Below, piece by piece: positions 1 to 14,699 of a stretch of 64,000 nucleotides of DNA. Source of the stretch: the human T2T-CHM13v2.0 reference genome, Homo sapiens; assembly GCF_009914755.1 (NCBI RefSeq), contig NC_060928.1, one strand, 5' to 3'. The notes under the pieces are model-generated. The model saw only the letters and a list, made by a program, of their open reading frames with translations, was not told the origin of the DNA and made no database searches. The number at the start of each line of letters is the position of its first letter. The stretch's first letter is position 1. Both the position numbers and the translations under genes were made by a program.

Positions 1-113
1 GACCAGGTCTTACTATGTTGCCTAGGGTGGTCCCAAACTCTTACGCTCAAGGGATTCTCCCAATCTGGCCTTTCAAATTGTTGGGATTACAGGCGTTAGC
101 CACTGCGCCCAGC
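1..113 (-). mobile_element. Alu left monomer / FLAM-AluJ fragment
   Basis: Degenerate antisense Alu ending GGGATTACAGGCGTTAGCCACTGCGCCCAGCC; cut by the window edge. Confidence 0.85.
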
Positions 114-279
114 CTGTGTCATCACTTTTATACTTTAGTAGGGTCCAGATCACCAAGGGAGCTTAATAATGCACATTACTGGGCCCTACCCCTCACCAAA
201 GATGCAGGTTCCCTGAATGATAAAAGAACACCACCTTACATCCTCGATAACACCTTTAATACCTTTGTTATCAGTTAAT

Positions 280-425
280 AACAGAGCAGCCAGCATTGAT
301 AAGAATCTAACTAGAATGTAAGCTTCAGAAGGGCAGAGGTATTTGTCTATTTTGTTCACTGGTATATCCACAGCGCCTGGCCATATTAGGCACTTAGTAG
401 CTCTTTGTTGAATGAAGCATATTGA
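280..425 (+). mobile_element. L2 3' end fragment
   Basis: TGTAAGCTTC..GGGCAGAGG..TTTTGTTCACTG..GCCTGGC..TTTGTTGAATGAA matches the L2 3' terminus; boundaries approximate. Confidence 0.7.
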
Positions 426-3400
426 AACATAGATGTGGAGGGTGCAGGGGAGGGGAAGAAATTAAGTCAAAAAGATGTGTCAACAAGAAGAAAGGGATAC
501 TTTTAATACGGGAAGTGGAAAGATATTAAGTGCAAATTTGGCTTTTCCAAAGGTCTGCTATATTTGGGTGGGGAAGGAAGGCGGGGAGGGGAAGGCTCCG
601 GTCTTCACTCTGCTGAACTAAAATTATAAGTTGAATGATGCCTCCTAAACCATTGGTCTAAGAAATGTTCTGATTATGGAAAAATATCCATTCAGTGCCT
701 TTCAAATTCTCCGAAGGCCCCTCTTTTCTTACTGTTTCTAACCTTCCGCCATGTTCAGAGAAAACAAACACCCAGCTCTTCTGAGCTACAGAAATTCTCT
801 GACGGGCCCACGTGCTCATTTTTATCGACGTTCCCCAGGTCACTGTTAATTCAGGCCCCAGCAACAGCACAGGAATGCCCTGGCATCCCCACAGCTCCTT
901 CCTGAGGAGATGAGCAGGTCGGCTGGAAAACACAATAGAATACAAAGGGAAAAGATCTTGGAAAAGATGAAGGAGAAAAATCAGGACCCCTCACCAAGTT
1001 AAACAAACATCTGGACTGAAGGGCTGTGTAATCAGGTTTTATAAAATTATTTTCAATAGGAAATGATGTTTTACTCTATATCTATGAGACATTTAGTTTT
1101 CAACATTCTTTTCCCTCTAAATTCATATCCTTAGTTCTAATTCATTTCTCTGTTTATACATCTTCTTTGGAAAGATATTTTTTTCTTTTACACATCTTTT
1201 TTTTTCTTTCTGATCATTTCTGTATTTGGCCTAATTTTCTCCTTTTGCTTTGGACCAGCAGTGTGTGGGCCTCAACAGGTAGGCAGGAAAGCAGCTGGTC
1301 TCTGAAAGAATCAAGCAGATCACAAAATGTCTGTGAAATGAACATGTCTGCCTCAAGCTTCCCACTCTGACGGGGCTCAGTGCCGAGCTCTGATTTGCTC
1401 TGGTGAAAAAAAAAAAATCCCCTAATTTCACTGTCAAGGTTTTGAGAGGCATTCTCATGGTTTTAAAGAGATTATTGCATAATTTGTTCATGTTTAAAGA
1501 ATTATATTGTTAAATAAATTTAGCTCTCCAGATTCTAAATGACAAAAACAAGAGAAGTTACATCATTTGAATTATGAAGTGATAATGTCTTCCAATTCTG
1601 CCCCAATCAAAAGTGTAACAGTTTAAAGCTTATAATAATCATGTTCAAACATATTCAGATTATAATTACTTTTCTTCTGATAATGATAGCCCGTCTGATT
1701 GGATGATTACCTATTTGACTTTGATAAGTCTCAGAGGTCAAAAAAGGGATAATTGCAGACATCTGTTTTCTATGGAAAATATAATCTCAGAAAATAGTGT
1801 TTAAAGTGACATCTGCAAATATGTGTTTTAGAAAGAAACTCGTTGTACATTTAAAATCATAGGGAAAAGAAGCAATTCCTAAGCTACTATGTATCACCCT
1901 GTCTTTGTAAATAGATGAGCGAGTTTAACTTACTAGTATTCATGTATGCATGAGTAATTACAAGCAGGCATGATTATATTTTGTACAGGTAGAATTAGAA
2001 ATAGACATAGATTATGAGAAAGGAATTTGAAAGTGTCTACAATATGGAATGATATGGAAGACTTTCGCTTTACTTTTGTTTGTTTTAGTTCAATCTAGGC
2101 ATATATAGCTGTAACCATTTTCTAGGTGGTTTTTTATTTGGAAATTGGAGGTGGAAGGTCTTATTTCTTTGATTTCTCCTTGGAGATGACCTTCTCCAGT
2201 TATGAGGGGGCTCCTGATGAAGGCAAAAGGTTCACTCATGGCTGCCATGCTTCTCTATGTAGAAGAGGTGCCAGTTTCTCTCTCGGCAGGTGCATCAGCT
2301 TCCCAACCTCTTAGGGAGATGCCAAGAACCTCTCCCTCCCTTCAGCCAGCAGCTGTGTTCTGCCGCAAAAAGGGAGAACTGTATTTAATATTCCCTTCCA
2401 TGCATGATAAAACTTCCTTGGCTTTAACTAATTAACTCAGAATCTTCTCTAATTCATGCAAGACCTGGGTTATCACTTTTTCTAGATTCAGCTTCCTAAA
2501 ATACAACTTTCACCCTAGCACTTCCCTTCTCAAAAGCCTTCAACCACTCCTCGGTGTCTAAGGAAGGAATTCCAAGCTTCTCGGCAATTCAGGATCTTTC
2601 ATAATTTGACCTTAGCCTATTTTTTCTTCTCTTTTTCTTCTACATAAAGCTTTCCTTTTTTGTTAAATCCATCTAATGCTAAAGGGTGTTAATCTTTCTT
2701 GCTTCTAATCTAGATCTTTGGTGATGCTGGTACATTCGCATGGAATTTTATCTTCCCCATCTCTGCTAATTAATGTTTTGTTGGTGGTGGTTGGTTGGTT
2801 TTTGCACCTCAGATTCACAGAACTGGATAAAACGTAATCGTAGGTTCATAACAAACTAGTATGATTGGTCCATGCAAGGCTTCTTTTATATTTATCCATA
2901 CATATTACATTTTTACTCCAGTCTATCTTAAATCCTCTCATTTCAATAAGGTCTTTCCCTATATACACAGATATAATGACCCTGTTAAGAGGGCTCTTTC
3001 TGTCTCTGAACTATTACAATGTTTATTATGCAGAATGTAGACCACCACCTGCATGAAACATATCACATGCTGCCTGGTACTATCATTGTCTTTGCACATA
3101 GCTGCAGCCAGCTAGTCACATCCTGCTATGCTGTGTGTGCCTGAGACTTTGCCATAGATGTATGATAGCCTTTACCAAGTTGTATTGTATTACATATTAT
3201 CTGTAACATCCGTCTTCCCCCTAAATCAGTAAGCTCCTTGTGGCCAGATTTGGTCTTTCATTTATGTTTGCATCCTAAGTGCCAACCACAGTGCCTGACA
3301 AGTAACGTTTAGTAAGCAGTTGTTGCATATTTTGAAAAATTAGATTATTAACTTCTAGGAAGCAATCAGGGAGTCACAGAATTTCAGACAAGGGATGGAG

Positions 3401-3473
3401 CTCATGAGTTTTATACCCTTTTTATCTTTCACAGTGCCTAGCAGAGTACTGAGCAGACATAAGTCCTTAATAA

Positions 3474-4198
<725 letters not shown>

Positions 4199-4212
4199 AA
4201 ACTCTCACAGGT

Positions 4213-4564
<352 letters not shown>

Positions 4565-5837
4565 TAGTCCCAGGCAAACTGGGACAGTTGGTCAGCTTAG
4601 TTAGAAGTCTCACACACATATCAGGAGGGGGTATAGCTCTGAGGCAGAGTATTGGACTGCAGATCAAGAAGTCTCATGCACATACCAACAATGTAAATGC
4701 TAATAATATTACTCTCTCTCCTCATGGAGGTCTTTTAAGGATCAATTTGCAAACTTAAACTGAATTTCTGTGTATTTGATAGGGACCAAAAGAAAGTTCT
4801 TGTGAATTAGTCTGAATTTTAGGCTCTTCAGAATTTAATTTAAAAAAATTATATTGTTATTCCCCCTTGTAAAAATTAGTAAGAGTTTGAAATGCAACTA
4901 GATTTCACTTCTCAGAGTGTGATTTCTCTTTTGTGAGCTTAAAGAGACAGAGCTTAACAAAGACTCAAGCCTATGACCTACAGGCCAAGAGGGAATAGGC
5001 CAAGAGGGAATATAACTTTCAGGTAGAGGCCACCCACAACTAGGCTGCAGACCCCCCTCCCCACTGTATGAGTTGGGGGGGGCAGGGGGTAGGGGAGCTG
5101 TTGTGAATCACCAAGTCTCTTTTGTGTAAAACCAGCCTCCTTGGGTCCTCTCAGAAATCTTTTATTAAAACTCTAAGAATTTTCCTATTCTTCGTGCTAT
5201 TCCATTGTTATTCCATTCCACATCCATTGTTATGGAGGGAATATTTACTTGCTATTGAAGGAAGTCTTGTGGGATGTATAGTCAATAATTTCATCAAGGA
5301 GTAACTTATCTTTCTACTTCTGGTGGAAAAGGGAGGGAAAAAGTTTCTCTTAAGTAGCTTATAAGCTTTTGAAGAATATGTACAAAGAGATATTTTTAGA
5401 CAAAGAGAGTATTATTTTCCAATTTTTAGTAAAAAAGCAGCATAAAAACAAACAAAGTCTGAAACAAAAAAAACAATAGGGGCATGCCCAGAGAATGTGA
5501 TGGCCACTGATTTCTGCATTAGTCACTTAACAAATACACACACAGAGGATGCATGTTTGTTTCTAGGGAAAGGCCCAAATGGGAATTATCCTGGATGTAA
5601 CTTATAGGATTAGAGATTTGTTGGCTCTTTCACTACCAAGGAGAGGAAGAAGAAGAAGGTAAAACAAATGCAAAAATAAGAAAACAAAGGTGGCAAAACT
5701 TCTAGCAAAAGCAAATCTTTGCCATAGTGGATTCTGGAAGCTTGAAACATTTGCAGTTCACACAGTTTATATAATTCTATGTATATTTGCTTCTTCTGAC
5801 TTATCTAGGTGAACTAAGTATAGTTGGCTAAAGGTGT

Positions 5838-6491
5838 TGCCTTAGTCTGCTCCTGTTGCTATAACAAAATACTATAGACTGGATAATTTATAAACAGCGG
5901 AAATTTATTTCTCACAGTTCTAGAGGCTGGGAAGTCCAAGATCAAGGACTAGGACTCAAGATTTGGTGTCTGGTGTAGGCTTACACTCCTCTTCCAAGAT
6001 GATGCCTTCTTGCTGTGTCCTCTCACAGTGGAAAAGTGGAAGAGGGAGGCAGCTCTCTGAAGCCTTTTTTTTTTTTTGAGATGGAGTCTTGCTCTGTTGC
6101 CCAGGCTGAAGTGCAGTGGCGCAATCTTGGCTCACTGCGAGCTCGGCCTCCTGGGTTCACGCCATTCTCCTGCCTCAGCCTCCTGAGTAACTGGGACTAT
6201 GGGTGTCTGCCACCACGCCTGGCTAATTTTTTGTATTTTTAGTAGAGATGGGGTTTCACTGTGTTAGCCAGGATGGTCTCGATCTCCTGACCTTGTTGTC
6301 CACCCGCCTCAGCCTCCCAAAGTGCTGGGATTACAGGTGAAGCCTTTTTTATAAGGGCATTCATCCTTCACAAGGGTGGAGCCTTCATGACTTAGTCACC
6401 TCCCAGAGGCCCTACCTTCTAATACTATCACTGTGTTGATTAGGTTTCAATGTATACATTTTGGAGGGACACATATATTCAAATCATAGCA
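5838..6491 (-). mobile_element. MLT1A-like MaLR LTR
   Basis: GCTATAACAAAATAC..ATTTATTTCTCACAGTTCTAGAGGCTGGGAAGTCCAAGATCAAG..CAAATCATAGCA. Confidence 0.8.
6065..6337 (-). mobile_element. AluY, slightly 5'-truncated, inside the MLT1 LTR
   Basis: AluY diagnostics; TSD TGAAGCCTTTTTT at 6058-6070 and 6338-6350. Confidence 0.9.
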
Positions 6492-6539
6492 GGTGAGATT
6501 CCCTTTTATGCCAGGACATTGGCCTCCAGCTGACAACTA

Positions 6540-7215
6540 TCTCCACTCCCTGCCATACCTCCGGCCCAAATGATCATAATGTTTTGCCTAGGCAGTTGCA
6601 ATCACTCCCCCGTATTCACTTTGCCCCCCCAACCCCATCTGTTCTTCTTGATACAAACAGAACCAATCATGTCGTCCTCCCCTTTCCTCTCATTCTCCTT
6701 CCCCAGGGATGAAGTATTCTGAGGTGAAAGACCAAGATTCTTAATATGCTCCTCAAGATCCTGTGTAGTTTGGCCCTACTTACCTTTCCACCTCATCTTG
6801 CACCAATCTCTCCCTGTTCCTCTGCACTTCACCCAGCCTCATCTAGTTCCTCACACTTTTCATGCAGCTTCTCACCACAGGGCCTTTGCACAAGCTGTTG
6901 TTGCCACCTGGAGAATATTCTCTCTCATTCTCCACTGTGTTTAGTTCTTCTATTCCTTTAGGGTGCAGTTCAAGCACATGAGCTCAGGAAAGCCTTTGCA
7001 GAGACCCATCCAGGTCAGATTTCTTTATGACATATTCTCCTAAGTCCATGTTTGTTTCATCAAGAGAACTCATATGGATATGTAATAGTATACTCATTTT
7101 TTGTGATTAAGCAACCTCTGTCACCAACTACAAGGGCCATGAAAGCAGGGACTTTGTTTCTGCTTTGTATTTCATCCTCAGTGCTCACTGAAGTGATTGG
7201 CACATGGCAGCCACT
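6540..7215 (+). mobile_element. L2 fragment
   Basis: CACAGGGCCTTTGCACA..CAGGAAAGCCTT..CCATGAAAGCAGGGACTTTG..TGGCACATGG; boundaries approximate. Confidence 0.7.
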
Positions 7216-7468
7216 AGTCAACTGCTTGGAATTTTTTTAAAGAATTTGTTTCAAGGACTATCCTTGGATACTGGACACGCTAAATAATAAGTACTAGATT
7301 GGAACATAAGAGGAAAATTTGAGCTTCGATTCGATTCTTGTGACTTTCTGGAAGATGTAACGTATTTGCCTTGGTTTCTATGTCTATAACCTAAGAATAA
7401 AAAGGCCTGCTGCCACCAGCCTCATCCCATGAACTGTGCTGTTCTCCCGTGATTCAGTGCATTTCACA

Positions 7469-7860
7469 GTGTATTAGTTTAAACCTTAGGTGCTGTAACA
7501 AAGAGACCTAAAAATGCAGTGCTTAAACAAGACAGAACTTATATTTTTTTCTCTCTCTCATTTTTCTCTCTCCCAGGCCAGTATTCCAGGGTAGGTGTAT
7601 TGGCTCAGTGGTGTCAGCAACCCAGACTTCTTGTATCTTCTTGCTCTGCCATCCTCAATATGTGGCTTCTCTCAAGGGCCCAAGATGGATGCTCTAGCTT
7701 TCAACATAGCAAATACATTTTAGTTATTGTGAAGGGAGAAAATGGAAGGGAAAGGTTTTTTATTTCCCTTTAAGGACGTGAACTGGAAGTTGCACATACT
7801 ACTTCCAATTTCACTCCTTTGGCAAGAGCTGAATCATATGGCTACAGTGAGTTGCAAAGT
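7469..7860 (-). mobile_element. Old MLT1-family LTR
   Basis: TGTATTAGTT..GCTGTAACAAAGAGACC..GCTTAAACAAGACAG..CAAGATGG pattern. Confidence 0.6.
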
Positions 7861-7874
7861 CCATTGTGTCGTGA

Positions 7875-8225
<351 letters not shown>

Positions 8226-11200
8226 TAGACTGGGTTTCTTGAGGTCAACAGTATTGTCTTGTTTCTCTTTATGCTTCTCTCTCCCTTTAGTGCCTACCTG
8301 AGAGCCTGCTACAGAGCAGTCCCTCAGTCATTGCTTATTTAATGAAATAAATCAAACTTGGTATGCGTCTAGAATAACTGAATGTTGGTAAGGCAGATGT
8401 TTGTCAAATGCCTGTGTTTTCATGGACTCCTAAAAAGAGCTAATTAAGTCTTTTTGACTTGCTCTGTATATATCACCTTATAAAATTCATCATGAAAACA
8501 CATCGGGTAGATTTTAACTGAGATCCACATATGGGCTTTAGGAAATGTGTTTTTCTGAGGAGACGCTTCATGAGATTTTTCAAAGTAATTTGCGACCTGA
8601 AAATGTTTAAGAACCCCTCACATGGATGTGGAGATTTGAGGGCTCCCAATACATTTGCGGAAATTCAGAATGGAGAAATAAGGCAAAAGACGGAGGCAGA
8701 TGGAGGTCAAATTTCATCTATATTGCTACAAAAGTTACTACTCAAGAAATATGGCTTATATGTTTTGACAAGTGGTCTTCTGATATTGAATACAAGATTT
8801 ATGCACATTTACTCACTCCTCAGCACGTGGTCTGGGCATCCCATCTCATCCTCTCTCTATAGGAGAGAGAGTCTGTCCTGGAGCAGGCAAGCAGAGCGTG
8901 TTCCTCTGGGCAACTTGTTCCCCACAGAAGAAAAAGAGAGGAGGAAGAGGCGAGGTGGCACTCACCTAGGTTTTTTCCCCCAAGTCCCCATCATATTAGG
9001 TCACTTTTTCTTCCCTTAAATGAGGAACAGGTGTGGGGAGAGAGGCCAGGAATTTTACGCTAATGAGACTCCTTCTACCTGGAGGGACACATCAGGTGTG
9101 CAGAAGAAGGGTTCTCCCTTAACAGTGAAGATTGAAAGACTGATTTCTGGTAATGAGTCCCTCATATGTTCACAGAAAAATGAATAGGTTAGATGAAATA
9201 AGCTCCAAAGCCATCCCAAGGCTCCACATATGGGAAACATTTCCAGTCCTAATACTCATGGCTTACATTTTTGGTTGTTTGGGTTATGTAGGGGGCATAC
9301 TTAGGCAGCGCTGTTATTTCTTGCTTTGTGGCCTCAGTCTTTTTCATCCTGGATCCCAGAGAACCTGACCTGGCCTGCAAGTTCCTCATCCAGCTGGAAG
9401 CAGGTGCTGGGGAGCAGGTGGCCTCCCCCGTATCTCCAACTCAGGACCACCTGGGGCAGGGGGAGTGTGGCGTTTCACTTGAGCCTTCTCCTTGCCACCT
9501 CACTAGCTTACTTAGGAAAAGCAAGAGAAATGGGAAATGGGAGTTGGAAATGCAGCCAATCAGCAACGGAAGAGCCTCTGGGGAACTCAGGGGGCGAGGG
9601 GGGACCCTAGTATCTCAGCCTCTGACCTTAGTTATCCCTGTTTGTGGGGGAAAATGCATTTTCCTGTTTTGAGGGCTCTCTACAATGCATCTCAGGCAAA
9701 AAGTGAGGAAATTGGGTATCCTATATACATATAAATAACACCCTTAATCATCATCGACCAAATAGGCTACACTGCCCCCTTATGATGTTTCAGGAAAGCA
9801 ATCCGGGCATTCCCATGGCCTTTGGAGGGATTTTCCATGATTCTGTAAATCCTTGAGTAATATTGAAGCTCTGTAATAACACCAAGCTACTTTTGCATTT
9901 ATTCTAGTCTTAGGTTTGAACATTATAATATTAGTTGTTTAAATTTTCATAGAGTCCATGGTTCAGAAGAGTTCTGGGGAAATCATTTAAATTCATCCTC
10001 CTGCAGGTCCCTTGATAGGGCTGCAACTTGGCTAACAAAGACAAATGGCCTTCTATCTGATTCTGAAAGGTCTCCAGGGGAAGATTCCATAATGAACCAC
10101 AGTAATCATGAATTGCTAACATGAATGTGCCCCACTTTAAGAAAACCTGACATGTGAAAGCCTATGTGGCAGGATAATTTATTGAGATACTAATCTACGC
10201 TTTGTTCTCTGTAATTTGCCTCCCCTGTCCCACCCCCCGTCCCCATGAAGGTAGCCAGTTCTGTTTCCCTTCCTGTGGAGGTGATAGAGTTTACTTGTGC
10301 TATATTCCTATTGTTTTATTAGACAGATGCACAGAGAAAGAGAATACGCTTGCTCATGTGCTAATGCTAAAGTCAAACTCCTCAAGTAACACTATAGGGG
10401 GGCGATGCTCCTTAGAGGATGCAGCTCCACCTGACTCTTCATCGTCAGCTGTGTGTTCTTAGAAAATGGCTTTTATCTCTTTAACCTCTGTTTGATCATC
10501 TGTAAAATGAAAGGTTGATTTAATGACATTCAGGTACCTCCCTGCTCTTGAATCTGTGGGATTATCAATCTCTTAAGCTCCGACTCCCAGGACAGCTGTG
10601 GAACATTTGCTTAAAGGTTTTGGAGTTGGGTGGCCAACTTCAGCAAAGGAAACAGTATATGCAATATTTGTGACATGCTTATACAAAAATAAAATTTGCT
10701 CTTTGAAATCACATTTAACTGGGTATCTTATATTTTATCTAGCAACCCCATTTGGGGTCACCTGCATTTGGGAGATGGAAGGCTGAGGGAGAAGAAGTTT
10801 GTTTCTTTTCATTGCCATCAAGATTGGATCTAGCATTCAAGAAACAGGTTTATACATTTTCTTTCTCTGTAAGCATGTCCATCTTATTTTTAAGCTATCC
10901 TAGCACAATTTTCATTGAAATCTTCAAAATTAATATTTAACATGAAAAAAATAAATGAGACCTGCCCATTTTACTAAAGGCCAAATTTTCTATACCTTAT
11001 AAAAATTAGAGAGCAGACCAATAAACCCTAAAGCAAGAAGAGACCAGCTGCTCAATTGATCAAAATGATAGAAGTTCTTCTACATCACCTCTCCCAGCGA
11101 GGGTATGACTGGTGTTACTGGTGGGAGTTATATTTTTGTCCTGTCCTCAACATTTCTATGACACAGGAAAGCAAATGGAGTCAAAGTTCTGATTACTTTT

Positions 11201-12759
11201 TCCTATAACACTACAAGCATTTTTTTTTTAAATGTCCTTCTGAACTCTCCATTCCTTAATTTTGGAATTGCATTGAATGTCATCATGCTATGATTTAAGG
11301 AAATCATCTGTAAATCAAAACAATCTTGATGATACAGGTTGGGCTCCCTGTGATTTCTTGACACAAAACAGGTCAGGATCTAAAACTGAATGTGGAAAGA
11401 AACATGATTTATATTTTGTCCAATTAGCCCGTATATGACCTTCATGTGAAAGGAACATGGCCTTGGATAAAAAGACTCTCTCATTGATTTATCCCATTTT
11501 TAATCAAAGTAAGGTACCAACACATGCAGGATGTAGTAATTCACAGTCTCAAGATTAAATGCTGATAAAAATTTGTAGCAGTTTTAGCATCAAATATATC
11601 CTCACCCATAACAAGGAGGTCACTCTATTAGTGAGCAAGTCTGGGCACAAAATGGGGAAGTCCATTGTCCAGTTTGAATAATGTAGTGGAATCTAAAGCT
11701 TTGTGGATAAGAATGACTGACCCTGTAATGTCCTCGGTGCATCTGTACTTGAAGTGAGATTAACATAAGCGTGATCTGCAGGAAATAGGTACCCTTTAAA
11801 GATACCTTCAGCTGTGTGTGTGAGAGAGAGCAGGGCCACGGGGTGTCGTGGGGTAGGGGGAAAGGAGAGAGGACCTAAGAGACTGAGTGAAGGCAATTTA
11901 CTTATCAATGTTCAATTTTCCTAAATGTCAACTTGATCTCTCTCTTTTCGTACGTTACAGTTGAGAAATAGGTTTGATTTGAGTCACAGGAAATAATAAT
12001 TAAAAAAAAAAACCCAAACCATTGATTACTCTTAATTTGCTTTGTCAAGAGGCTTTGCTTTACTTGCATTCATAGGAAGGGCAAGTGGAAAGTATTTCGG
12101 GGCTATGAAAGAATGCCAGTGTGATGAGGCTGGGAAATTCACGGGCATGGTTCAGAACTCTGCTTCTCAGATCCATTTCATAACAACTTAATATGCTCAA
12201 GTATTTTCTGAGGGGCAAGACTGTCCTACAGCATAGATTAAGTGGTCCAATTTTTGCCTCTGGGAGAAGGAAAAAAATATCCAAGTAGGTAGACAACTAT
12301 TCAAAAGAAACATTGCATAGATGCTTAGCTTTGGCAATGTTCTGATGCTAAGCAGGGGTGGAGAGGGTGGTGCAGAGCTGCGCTCTGAAGCCTGGGGAAG
12401 CAGGCTGGGCTGAAAGCTGGGAAGAACTTAGATCAGATGCGATGCTGCCTAATCAAGGTTAAGACTTAGCCTGTTACCAGGGAGAAGAAGAAAGAGCCAG
12501 TGAATCTGACTACATAATTGCTATTTCTTTCAAAAAAAAAAAAAAAAAAAAAAGATTGGGAAAAAGGGAGGAAGGAAAGGACAGGCTTAGACTCTGTAGG
12601 TTATTTCTGAATAATGGAAATATTTTTAAATTCTTGTTATAATTAATCAAATCTATGTTCTTTGGGAGTAGAAAACTAAATGAATGCATCATTAATGGCT
12701 TAGTGTAAAAGTACAATCATGCAAATTTAAGTCTCCTATTCATTCCAATTGAAAACTCT

Positions 12760-12960
12760 CATGATAATGGTTAACGTCTTGCACTTTCACTGTGTGCCAG
12801 CCATTGTGTTAAAAGCTTTCCATGCATTATTTCCCTCACAACAACAGATGAGGAAACTGAGGCTTAGAGAATCGAGGCAAACTCATCACGTCTCAAAGCT
12901 TGTATATGAAGCAAACAGGAGTTGGGTCCCAAGGTCTTACTCCAAAGTTGTGTTCGATAG
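12760..12960 (-). mobile_element. MIR
   Basis: ACAGATGAGGAAACTGAGGCTTAGAGA core. Confidence 0.75.
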
Positions 12961-13663
12961 ACATCCTGTTGTATTTCTTCCTCTGCCTCCCTGCAATCGA
13001 CATATCCTTGTAATCAGGAGCAGGTTTTTCTTAAGGAGCCAAAAGAGAGAAGAGATAATTTAGATGATAGGAGGAAAATTGTGGTAGAGCATATCTTTGT
13101 CACAAACAGGTCTTTGAAAATACCAGATGACTGAACTAAAATAAATGGGAGAGAGTGTACTTATTTGATGTGGGGTGTGGTTTACTGCTATAGAAAACCA
13201 GCAATGGCCAAGGGGCCAGTATCTCAAAGACAAAGACCAATGACAGAGCTGGCAGGACAGGAGCTTTTGCTCACTGTATTCTAGGATGGGGTGGTAAAAA
13301 GCTAGGGCATTTTGTAAGCATCTCTAGATTGTAACTTTTGTCTTTTGGATTAAGGAGATGCCAAGAGAAGTAGTACAGAAATAGGGCTTTTCACAATTTC
13401 AGGAGATACTTAAGTGAGAATGCAGCATTTCTCTTGTAATACAGGCTAGGTAGGTTAGAAATCTCTTCCCCTTTTCAATGAACCAAGACATTGCTAAGCA
13501 GTTAGTATAGTGGCCCTGTGTTTAAGTGACACAGAGGGAAGAGCAACAGATGGTTGGAAACAGACCTGGTTTCCATCCATGCATCTCTATGAAGGCATAT
13601 CCTCCAATCTCCCAGACTCAGTTTCCTTATCTGCACCACGGTGTTAGAATGCTTACATTGCTG

Positions 13664-13960
<297 letters not shown>

Positions 13961-14364
13961 AGAATGCTTACCTTGCTGGCTTGTTGTGAGGATCAGAGAT
14001 CACATACAATTGTGGCTGGCATAGAGTAGGTACTTGATAAATGGTAGTTATTACCAGCCCACCGTTTTTACTGGGTAGGTGAAAGAAGGCTAAGCCAAGA
14101 AAGGGAAAAATGTTAAAGGCTGAAAAAAAAAAACACAAAAAACAAAAAACAGAGGGAGGGATAGGGTGGTGGCATCTGGCTTGCGAACCCCACTGTTGCC
14201 CCTCCCAAACTCTGTCCTTTTAACGAGCCATATGCAGCTTCCAACAGATGAGATCTGGTGTCTGCAAAGACAAAGCAGAGCCAAAAGGCGATGTAACACG
14301 GAATTAGAGACTGCTTTTCCCTCTAATGAGCCAGCCTGCTCATTTAAAATGCAGTGCTGTTTGG

Positions 14365-14570
14365 AGCCCAGACTGGGCGGCATGTGCAGCCGTGTGCCCG
14401 CGCCGTTCCTCACGTGCACATGGGTGGCTTGAGCGCATAAGCATGACTGCCAATATCACGGTTGGTTAGCTTGTGGCCCAATACTGGGCGGTGTGGTGTG
14501 TGCGGGAGGCGGGGCGCTGGAGCCGCTGTCAAGGACGACTGTGGGAGTCACGCAGCCTCTAAGCTACTTG
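14365..14570. promoter_or_regulatory. Small CpG-rich promoter/enhancer-like element
   Basis: Retained CpGs in unique DNA; GC boxes GGGCGG at 14375 and 14486, GGGAGGCGGGGCG at 14504; CCAAT at 14450 and 14478; CACGTG at 14411. Confidence 0.5.
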
Positions 14571-14699
14571 GGAAATTGACTCTCATCAGCCAATACTCTC
14601 AAGATCTTGCTGAGTACAGAGGTACTTTGGGAGGAAAGTGAGAGAAAGAAGAGATACTAGCTGTTCCCCCAGAGGGCTCCCTGACTACCCAGCTGGAAG

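Noticed and set aside
5053-5096. G-run cluster as a G-quadruplex
   Set aside because: Marginal motif of a very common type, with no supporting context
8531-9019. 162-aa ORF
   Set aside because: No recognisable homology or splice structure; compatible with a chance ORF
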